Shown here: positions 56,882 to 64,000 of the stretch, piece by piece
Position numbering within the stretch: the stretch's first letter is position 1
Layout of the letters: the number at the start of each line of letters is the position of its first letter
Assembly: GCA_965203015.1 (NCBI GenBank)
Contig: CBDBBM010000005.1
Span: 93,631-157,630, forward strand
Reading direction: 5' to 3'
Length of the DNA stretch: 64,000 nucleotides
Origin: Chloroflexota bacterium
GTDB taxonomy: Bacteria > Chloroflexota > UBA11872 > VXNJ01
Position numbers and translations under genes: made by a program
Notes under the pieces: model-generated
Told to the model about the DNA's origin: nothing
The model's database searches: none
The model's input: only the letters and a program-made list of their open reading frames with translations

Positions 56882-59236
56882 TTGCCTGATTCTCCCGCTC
56901 CGCGCAGCCCTGCCGCTGACGCGGTCAAAAACAACCTGCGAATCGTGCTGGCGGTGCGCGGCACCGTCCTGTTTCCGATCCGCGATTCCCTGACGCCGCT
57001 GCTGGTTTCGCGCGAGAAGAGCCTGGCGGCGCTCGAGGCCGCGATGATTGCCGACCGCTCGGTCCTGGTCGTCACGCAGCGCGAGATCGAGACCGAGGAC
57101 GTCGAGGGGGACGACCTGTTCACGGTCGGCACCCTGGCCGCCATAAACCGGATTCTGCGCCTGCCCGACGGGACGACCTCGGTTCTGGTGGAAGGCCGGA
57201 CGCGGATGCACCTGCGGCAAATCACCCAGACCAGCCCGCATCTGCAGGCCCGGGCCGAGGCGATCGACCCGCATCACGATGACTCCGACCGCGCCCGGGC
57301 CGTCGCCGAAAGGGTCCTGGGATTGTTCGAGGAGGCGGTCGAACGGTCCGACGAGCTGGACAAGGAGGCCTACGTGCGGGCGCTGAACGCGTCCACCCCG
57401 GGGGAGCTGGCCGACGTGGTTGCCTCCAGCCTGGAGCTTCCCTACCTGCAGGCCCAGGAACTGCTGGAAATGGAGCAGCCGATCGACCGCCTGCGGCGGG
57501 TGCGGTCGATGCTGGAGCTTGAGCTGGCGGTCCTGGCCGCCCAGAACCAGATCCACGACCGGATTTCAAACCGGGTCGAGGATGATCGGCACGAACAGAT
57601 CCTGCGCGGCCAGCTGCAGGCGATCATGGACGAGATCGCCGAGACCGACGCCCCATCGCGCGATGTCCGCGAACTGCGGTCCCGGCTCGAGGCGGGCCGC
57701 TACCCCGAGTCCATCCGGGCCCGCGTCGAAAAAGACCTGATTCGCCTGGCCGACATGCCGACCGGTTCGCCCGAGGTGAATGTGCTGCGCAACTACATCG
57801 AGTGCCTCCTCGACCTGCCCTGGCGGCGATATACGCGCGACCGCATCGACATCGGCCGGGCCAAGGAGATCCTGAACCGCGACCACCACGGCCTCGACGA
57901 CGTCAAGGAGCGCATCCTGGAGTTCCTGGCGGTGCGCAAGCTGACCCGGTCGCGGCGCGGACCGATCCTGTGCCTGGAAGGCCCGCCCGGGGTGGGCAAG
58001 AGCAGCCTGGGCCGGGCCATCGCGGCGGCGATGGGGCGCAAGCTGGTGCGGGTCTCGCTGGGCGGGGTCCGCGACGAGGCCGAGATCCGGGGGCATCGCC
58101 GCACCTACGTGGGGGCCATGCCCGGCCGCATAATCGCCTCGCTGCGCGATGCCGGGTCGGCCAACCCGGTTTTCATCCTCGACGAGATCGACAAGCTCGG
58201 GGTCGATTTCCGGGGCGATCCCGCCACGGCCCTGCTGGAGGCCCTCGACCCGGAGCAGAACTCCGAGTTCTCGGACCATTACGTCGAGGAGCCGTTCGAC
58301 CTCTCGCGGGTCTTTTTCATCACCACCGGCAATGACATTTCCGGTCTTCCGGCGGCGCTCGTCGACCGCATGGAAATAGTCAAGATCCCCGGATACACCG
58401 ACGCCGAGAAGACCACCATCGCAAGGCGCCACCTGGTGCCGCGGCTGCTGCGCCAGCACGGCCTGGAGGACGGCCAGCTCACCGTCTCCGACGGCGCTCT
58501 CGACCGGATCATCTCCACCTACACGCGCGAGGCCGGCGTCCGCGAACTGGAGCGGCAGCTGGCCGCGCTCTGCCGGCGCGCCGCGGTGCGGACGGTGGAA
58601 GGTCCGGCCGAATCCACCCGCGTCACGCTCCGGAACCTGGCCGGCCTGCTGGGCAAACCGCGTTTCGAGCAGCAGCTGCAGCTCGCCGCGAACTCGGTGG
58701 CCGCGGCCAACACGGTGTTTTCAAATGCCTGGGGAGGTGCCCTGGCGCCGGTCGAAATAAACATGGCGCAGGGGGTCGGCAAGCTCTCTCTGACCGGCCG
58801 GCTGGATCCGGTTCTGAAGGAATCGGTGCAGGCCGCGCGGACGTACTGGCGGGTCCACGCCGAGGATCTTGGGACCAGTACCGAGGACTTTGACAAACTC
58901 GACTTTCACGTCCACATTCCGGCCGGCGCCCAGCCCAAGTCGGGCGCATCGGCGGGCATGTCGATCTGCGTGGCGATGCACTCGGCGCTTACCGGTCGGC
59001 CGGTGCGGGCCGACACCGTGCTCTCGGGCGAGATCACGCTCCAGGGGCGGGTCCTGAAAACCCAGGACGTCAAGGCCAAGGTTCTGGCCATCGGCCGGGC
59101 CGGATTGGGTCGGTTCGTCCTTCCGGCCGAGAATGGAGACGACCTTGAGGAAGTGCCATCGCAATTGCGGAAAGGGATCGACTTTATCCTGGTGCGCAGC
59201 GTTGACGAAGTTCTAGCCGCGGCCCTGGCCCGGTAG
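56882..59236 (+). CDS. lon: ATP-dependent Lon protease
   Basis: LON N-terminal domain, AAA+ GPPGVGKSS, protease PKSGASAGMSI with catalytic Ser. Confidence 0.95.
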   Translation: MPDSPAPRSPAADAVKNNLRIVLAVRGTVLFPIRDSLTPLLVSREKSLAALEAAMIADRSVLVVTQREIETEDVEGDDLFTVGTLAAINRILRLPDGTTSVLVEGRTRMHLRQITQTSPHLQARAEAIDPHHDDSDRARAVAERVLGLFEEAVERSDELDKEAYVRALNASTPGELADVVASSLELPYLQAQELLEMEQPIDRLRRVRSMLELELAVLAAQNQIHDRISNRVEDDRHEQILRGQLQAIMDEIAETDAPSRDVRELRSRLEAGRYPESIRARVEKDLIRLADMPTGSPEVNVLRNYIECLLDLPWRRYTRDRIDIGRAKEILNRDHHGLDDVKERILEFLAVRKLTRSRRGPILCLEGPPGVGKSSLGRAIAAAMGRKLVRVSLGGVRDEAEIRGHRRTYVGAMPGRIIASLRDAGSANPVFILDEIDKLGVDFRGDPATALLEALDPEQNSEFSDHYVEEPFDLSRVFFITTGNDISGLPAALVDRMEIVKIPGYTDAEKTTIARRHLVPRLLRQHGLEDGQLTVSDGALDRIISTYTREAGVRELERQLAALCRRAAVRTVEGPAESTRVTLRNLAGLLGKPRFEQQLQLAANSVAAANTVFSNAWGGALAPVEINMAQGVGKLSLTGRLDPVLKESVQAARTYWRVHAEDLGTSTEDFDKLDFHVHIPAGAQPKSGASAGMSICVAMHSALTGRPVRADTVLSGEITLQGRVLKTQDVKAKVLAIGRAGLGRFVLPAENGDDLEEVPSQLRKGIDFILVRSVDEVLAAALAR

Positions 59237-59263
59237 TGGGCCCGGAATCGGCGGCCGGCGCCG

Positions 59264-60316
59264 GTGCTTAGGCTCCTGACGGACCTCCTCGGAGTCTTCT
59301 CCGCCGATATCGGGATAGACCTTGGCACCGCCAACACGCTGGTGTACGTGCGCGGCCGGGGAGTGGTCATAAACGAGCCCTCGGTAATCGCCATCGAGCA
59401 ACGCTCGGGCCGAATCCTGGCCGTCGGCAGCCCGGCCAAGGCCATGGTCGGCCGGACTCCGCAGAACATCGTCGCCCACCGGCCCCTGCACGACGGCGTG
59501 ATCGCTGACTTTGACGTGGTCGAGCAGATGCTGCGGTACTTCATCTCGCGCGTACACCCCGGAAACTTCTTCCTGCCGCGGCCGCGGGTCATCGTCGGAA
59601 TTCCCTCCGGGGTGACCGAGGTCGAAAAGCGCGCCGTCCAGGAGGCGGCCGTTTCGGCCGGGGCGCGCGACGCCTACCTGGTCGAGGAGCCGATGGCGGC
59701 CGCCATCGGGGCCAACATGCCGATCCAGGACGCGGTCGGCAACATCATCGTCGACATCGGCGGGGGCACGACCGAAACCGCGGTGATCTCGCTGGGCGGG
59801 GTGGTGCTGGCCCACTCGGTGCGGGTCGCCGGAACCGAACTGGACCAGGCAATCATCGACTACATGCGCGCCGAGCACGGACTGCTCATCGGTGAGCGTT
59901 CGGCCGAAGCCTGCAAGATCGAGGTTGGCTCGACGCTCCCCTTCGAGGGCGAGGGGACGGCGGTCGTGCGCGGCCGCGACCTGGCCACGCGCCTGCCGCG
60001 TTCCTTCGAGGTCTCCAGCGGCCAGATACGCGAGGCAATTACGCCGGTGGTGTCCGAGATCCTCAACTGCGTAAACACCGCCCTCGAATCGACCCCGCCC
60101 GAGCTGCTGGCCGACATCATGATCTCGGGGATCTGCCTGGCCGGCGGCGGGGCGCTGCTGCGCGGGGTCGAATCGAGCATCGAGAGCGTCACCGGCATTT
60201 CCGCCTACGTAACCGATCGCCCGCTGGAGGCGGTCGCGATGGGCACCGGGATATGCCTCGAGAACATAGACCTCTATCGCGACGTTTTCGTCGGCGACGG
60301 GGTCGCGGCCCGTTAA
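59264..60316 (+). CDS. mreB: Rod shape-determining protein MreB
   Basis: DIGIDLGTANTLVYV actin-fold motifs. Confidence 0.95.
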   Translation: MLRLLTDLLGVFSADIGIDLGTANTLVYVRGRGVVINEPSVIAIEQRSGRILAVGSPAKAMVGRTPQNIVAHRPLHDGVIADFDVVEQMLRYFISRVHPGNFFLPRPRVIVGIPSGVTEVEKRAVQEAAVSAGARDAYLVEEPMAAAIGANMPIQDAVGNIIVDIGGGTTETAVISLGGVVLAHSVRVAGTELDQAIIDYMRAEHGLLIGERSAEACKIEVGSTLPFEGEGTAVVRGRDLATRLPRSFEVSSGQIREAITPVVSEILNCVNTALESTPPELLADIMISGICLAGGGALLRGVESSIESVTGISAYVTDRPLEAVAMGTGICLENIDLYRDVFVGDGVAAR

Positions 60317-60332
60317 AAGGAACGCGCTGCCG

Positions 60333-61154
60333 GTGGGCCGCCCCCGAATTCCGCTTCTGGCCCTCGTCGCGGGGGCCGGGCTGTGCCTGCTGCTGGCCAT
60401 CCTGCACAACAACGGCCTGCTCAGCCCCATCGAGGACACCACCCTGCGCGCCGCCGCACCGGTCCAACGGGGCCTGCGCCGCGTGGCCGAGGGGGTCGGC
60501 AGCACTCTCCAGGCGGTGCCGCGGCTGGGGTCCTACGCCGAGGAAAACCGCCAGCTGCAGGAATCGGTGGACCTCCTCCAGGCCGAGCTGGCCCGCCTGC
60601 GGCAGCAGGCGCGCGACGACGCCGAGTTGGTAGCGGCGGCCAACTTCGCGGCCGCCTATCCCGAATTTGAGCTGGTCCGGGCCAACGTGGTGGCGCGCGA
60701 CGGTTCGGCCCTGCACGAGCTGCTCCAGATCGACCGCGGCAGCGACAACGGCCTGGCCACCGGAATGGCCGTAATCTCGACCGGCGGCCTGGTGGGAAGG
60801 GTGGTCGACGTGGCCCGGGATTCGGCAAGGGTGCTGCCCATCAACAGCCCGGATTCCTCGGTGGCGGTTTCCGTCCAGGGGGAATCTGAGGACATCGTCG
60901 GGTCGGTCCAGGGGACCGGCACGGCGCTGCTGGAGATGGACAACGTTCTGCTCGGAGACAAGATCATCCCGGGACATTTCGTCGTCACGTCGGGGCTCGG
61001 ATCGCAGATTCCGCGCGGGATATTGGTGGGGCAGATCGTGAAGGTGCGCGACCGCGTCGACATCATCACCCGTTCGGCCGACGTGCGCCCGGCGGTCAAC
61101 AACGACGAACTGCAGCAGGTCCTGGTGATCCTGGCCGAGGTCGAATCAGGATGA
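60333..61154 (+). CDS. mreC: Rod shape-determining protein MreC
   Basis: N-terminal TM, coiled coil, MreC beta domains. GTG start. Confidence 0.8.
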   Translation: MGRPRIPLLALVAGAGLCLLLAILHNNGLLSPIEDTTLRAAAPVQRGLRRVAEGVGSTLQAVPRLGSYAEENRQLQESVDLLQAELARLRQQARDDAELVAAANFAAAYPEFELVRANVVARDGSALHELLQIDRGSDNGLATGMAVISTGGLVGRVVDVARDSARVLPINSPDSSVAVSVQGESEDIVGSVQGTGTALLEMDNVLLGDKIIPGHFVVTSGLGSQIPRGILVGQIVKVRDRVDIITRSADVRPAVNNDELQQVLVILAEVESG

Positions 61155-61732
61155 ACACCGGCCCGCGCGAGGTGATCCTGGTCGGCCGCGACCGGCGGCG
61201 TCCCTGGACCGAACTGAGCATGGCGGCCGGGCTGGCGGCGGTCAGCGTGATCCAGGCCAGCTGGGAGGGCGTGCTATCGGTGTTCGGGCAACTGCCCGAC
61301 CTGGCGCTCGTCCTGCTGGTGCTCTGGGCAGTCCGCTCGCGCCGCAGCACGGTGCTCTGGGCGGCCATCGGGGCGGGGCTGTTGGCCGACGTGCTGGGCG
61401 GGACCGTGCCCGGCGGCCAATCGGCGGCGTTGATGCTGGCGGTCGCGCCGGCGGTGACCTGGCGTTTCGTCCTTTTCGGCAGCACCCTGGCCTGGGCGGT
61501 CTGTGCGGTGGCTGCCGCGAGCGCAATCTTCTACCTGGTCTTCGGGGCGCTCCTCTCGCTGCAGGGGCTGACCGTGGCGGCCGATTCGGCCCTGGCCGCC
61601 GGCGCGTACGCGGTCCTGCTCAATTGCCTCCTGGCGGCGGCCGTGCACTGGGTCGGCGACCGGGTGAGCGGCTACCTCTGGCCGCAATCGATGCGTCTGA
61701 GCGAGCGCCGCGGCGGACGAACCTGGCGATGA
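61151..61732 (+). CDS. mreD: Rod shape-determining protein MreD
   Basis: Polytopic membrane protein following mreC with ATGA coupling. Confidence 0.7.
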   Translation: MNTGPREVILVGRDRRRPWTELSMAAGLAAVSVIQASWEGVLSVFGQLPDLALVLLVLWAVRSRRSTVLWAAIGAGLLADVLGGTVPGGQSAALMLAVAPAVTWRFVLFGSTLAWAVCAVAAASAIFYLVFGALLSLQGLTVAADSALAAGAYAVLLNCLLAAAVHWVGDRVSGYLWPQSMRLSERRGGRTWR

Positions 61733-63633
61733 GCCAGAATCCGGGCCGCACCGATCAGCGCGCCAGGGACCTGACCACCCGGCGCAAGCTGATCCTGGGC
61801 ACGGCGGCCGGCGGCGCCGGCGCGCTCCTGGTCGGGCGGATGTGGCAGCTGCAGATCTTCCAGCACGAGGATCTGGCGCTGGAGGCCGAGGCCAACCGGA
61901 CCCGCGTCGAAGAGGTGCCGCCGGTGCGGGGCATGGTTTTCGACGCCAGCGGACGGCGCCTGGCCGACAACGTCCCGGTGTTTGATTTCTGGCTAGATTC
62001 CACCGGCGTCGACATCGAAACGCTCCCCGACCTCGTCGAGTCGACCGCGGCCACGATCGAGGCCGATCCGGGCGAATTGTTCCGCACCCTCGAACGGGCG
62101 ATACTGAACGGGTTCGGCGAGATCGAAATCGCCCGCAACCTCGATCGGAATTCGGCGCTGGCGGTGCGCGAGAACACCTTTCGGTGGCCCGGAATCGAGC
62201 TGCGGCCGCGCTATCGCCGCGAATACTTCGACGGTCCCACCATGGGCCAGTTGGTGGGGTTCACCGGCCCGATTCCGGCCGAGTCCCGGGATGCCTACCT
62301 GGACCGCGGGGTGAGCCTTGCCGAAGACGTCGGCCTGTCCGGGATCGAGATGCGCTTCCAGGACGATCTGCGCGGTACCAGCGGACGCCGCCTGCTGGAA
62401 GTGGGGGCGCTCAAGCAGGACATTCGCGAACTACACTACACCGCCCCGGTGACCGGCGCCAACATTCACCTGACGATCGACACCCCGTTCCAATCGGGGA
62501 TCACCGCGATTCTGGAGCGATTCCTTTCGCCCGAAGGGGCGGGCGTGGTAATCGTGCTCGATCCGCGCAACGGCAACGTGCTGGCCCTGGTGGACTACCC
62601 GACGTTCGACAATTCGTCGTTTGCGGCCGGAATCTCAGACGATGAGTTTCAAGGCCTGATCGCAGACCCCCGCCATCCGCTAATCAACCATGCGATTTCC
62701 GGCCTCTATCCACCCGGTTCCACTTTCAAGATCGTCGCCGCGGCGGCGGCCCTCGGGGAAGGGGTGGTCAACGCCGAAACCCCATTTCAATGCGCGGGGC
62801 ATCTGATCCTGCCTTCGGGCTGGATCTTCCACGACTGGCTCGCGAACGGGCACGGTACGGTCGACCTGCACCGGGCAATCGCCGAATCCTGCAACGTGTA
62901 CTTCTACAAGATCTCGGGTGGAGACCCCTACGCCGGCTTCAGCGGGGTCCGCGATAAAGCGCTCGCGCGCTATGCGCGCGATTTCGGGTTCGGCCGGGCC
63001 ACCGGGATCGATCTCCCTCACGAGTCGGTCGGAACCGTCCCCGACCGGACCTGGAAGCAGACCGCGCTGGGAGCTCCCTGGGTCACCGGGGATACCTACC
63101 AGGCGGCGATCGGACAGGGATTTGTTCAGGTCAATCCCTTGCAGTTGGCCAACATGTACGCCGCCATCGGCAACGGCGGCACCCTCTACCGGCCGCGGCT
63201 GGTGACGCATCTGACCAACTCCAACGGCGCCACCATTCGCCGGATCGAATCGGAGGCCATCGGCCAGCTGCCGGTGACCGGGGCCCACCTGGCCCTGATC
63301 CGCCACGCCCTGGACGAGGCGGTCCAGGGCATAAATGGGACCGGGTTCCGGGCCCGCACCGGCACGGTGCGGTTCGCGGCCAAGACCGGTACCGCCGAAT
63401 ACGCCGGCCGGCGCGACGAGAACGGCAACCTGCCCTCGCACTCCTGGTTTGCCGGTTACGCGCCGCATGAGGATCCCGAGATCGCGTTCGCGGTGCTGAT
63501 CCGCGACGGCGGTGAAGGCTCCCACACCGCCGCCCTGGTTGCCCGCGACGTGCTCGAGTTCCACTTCGGGGGCAAGGTCCCGCCGCTGCGCTACCCCACC
63601 CTGGCCGCCATCCGCGCGGAGGTGCAGGCGTGA
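61729..63633 (+). CDS. mrdA: Penicillin-binding protein 2 (peptidoglycan D,D-transpeptidase MrdA)
   Basis: STFK, SCN and KTGTAE motifs. ATGA overlap with mreD. Confidence 0.9.
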   Translation: MSQNPGRTDQRARDLTTRRKLILGTAAGGAGALLVGRMWQLQIFQHEDLALEAEANRTRVEEVPPVRGMVFDASGRRLADNVPVFDFWLDSTGVDIETLPDLVESTAATIEADPGELFRTLERAILNGFGEIEIARNLDRNSALAVRENTFRWPGIELRPRYRREYFDGPTMGQLVGFTGPIPAESRDAYLDRGVSLAEDVGLSGIEMRFQDDLRGTSGRRLLEVGALKQDIRELHYTAPVTGANIHLTIDTPFQSGITAILERFLSPEGAGVVIVLDPRNGNVLALVDYPTFDNSSFAAGISDDEFQGLIADPRHPLINHAISGLYPPGSTFKIVAAAAALGEGVVNAETPFQCAGHLILPSGWIFHDWLANGHGTVDLHRAIAESCNVYFYKISGGDPYAGFSGVRDKALARYARDFGFGRATGIDLPHESVGTVPDRTWKQTALGAPWVTGDTYQAAIGQGFVQVNPLQLANMYAAIGNGGTLYRPRLVTHLTNSNGATIRRIESEAIGQLPVTGAHLALIRHALDEAVQGINGTGFRARTGTVRFAAKTGTAEYAGRRDENGNLPSHSWFAGYAPHEDPEIAFAVLIRDGGEGSHTAALVARDVLEFHFGGKVPPLRYPTLAAIRAEVQA

Positions 63634-64000
63634 GGCTGACCCGACGTCTGGCGGCGCTGGCGGCACGCTTTGAGCGACGCGACGCGATCCTGTTCATCGG
63701 CGTGGCCGGACTGATTACCGCCAGCCTGGTCGCACTGGCATTCCTGGGCGAGCCGCTGAGCGCGGGCCTGGGCTCGCAGGTGCTGCGGCAATCGATTTTC
63801 GTGGCCCTGGGCGCGGCCGCCTACCTGGCGCTGTCGCGGCTCAGCTACCGCGTCTGGTGGTCGCTTTCCTGGACCACCTACGCCCTGGCCCTCATCCTGT
63901 TGCTGGCGGTGCTCGTGTTCGGAGTCGAACGGGGCGGTTCGCAGCGCTGGTTCCTCCTGGGCGAAATCCAGTTCCAGCCCTCCGAATTTGCCAAAATCGC
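63630..64000 (+). CDS. rodA: Rod shape-determining protein RodA (SEDS family), 5' partial at window end
   Basis: GTGA overlap with mrdA. SEDS-like N-terminal TM helices. Truncated by the window end. Confidence 0.75.
   Translation, partial: MRLTRRLAALAARFERRDAILFIGVAGLITASLVALAFLGEPLSAGLGSQVLRQSIFVALGAAAYLALSRLSYRVWWSLSWTTYALALILLLAVLVFGVERGGSQRWFLLGEIQFQPSEFAKI

Noticed and set aside
59213-60505. 430 aa minus-strand ORF
   Set aside because: Antisense to mreB and mreC.

Overview
This 64 kb window is a chromosomal segment from a high-GC bacterium (GC roughly 68-70% by eye); the phylum cannot be assigned from sequence alone. It is densely coding, with about 58 genes, mostly housekeeping or metabolic.

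Genes supported directly by the sequence, in order along the window:
- Two tandem sterol-reductase-family (ERG4/ERG24/7-DHCR-like) paralogs, the first with a frameshift.
- A cupin, an orphan TAT/lipoprotein solute-binding protein, a membrane-anchored vWA (YfbK-like) protein and an ABC-2 exporter (two permeases plus an ATPase).
- DUF2071, secreted Ig-like/FG-GAP, GYD and DUF418 proteins.
- A TPP enzyme, a TcuA-like flavoprotein, an MBL-fold hydrolase and a Zn-dependent alcohol dehydrogenase.
- A peptide-processing-like cluster: M14 peptidase, enolase-superfamily enzyme, M14 peptidase.
- NAD-dependent formate dehydrogenase next to a glutaredoxin::thioredoxin-reductase-like fusion, and a ChrA chromate transporter.
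- A sulfur-uptake module: YeeE/YedE, two TusA-like proteins and a lipoprotein rhodanese.
- A second ABC-2 exporter, lipB, and the pyruvate dehydrogenase operon (aceE, E2, lpd) followed by an M24 peptidase.
- A vapBC toxin-antitoxin pair and a ThuA-like protein.
- A long minus-strand cytochrome c maturation System I operon (NUDIX, ccmG, membrane protein, ccmE, ccmA-ccmB fusion, ccmC, ccmD, ccmF, ccmH, a BNR beta-propeller protein, a membrane-anchored hypothetical).
- lon, and the rod-shape cluster mreB-mreC-mreD-mrdA-rodA (rodA runs off the end).

The best candidate for an undescribed system is a low-GC three-gene minus-strand cassette at about 21.15-23.47 kb. It encodes a HigB-like RelE-fold toxin; a HigA-type HTH fused to a COG2856/ImmA-like domain whose HEXXH is degenerate (HLAGH); and a DUF1883::TIR protein with the catalytic Glu intact. 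The three genes are translationally coupled, and a perfect palindrome abuts the higB start codon. Co-transcription is inferred from the gene overlaps and is not verified.

Other points of note:
- Three genes carry frameshifts that map to G/C runs, which may be sequencing error rather than pseudogenisation.
- A Cys-less TusA paralog is wedged between yeeE and tusA.
- The thioredoxin-reductase-like domain has CAAS in place of CxxC.
- ccmA and ccmB are fused and ccmA has no canonical start codon.

No rRNA, tRNA, CRISPR array, transposase or integrase was recognised.
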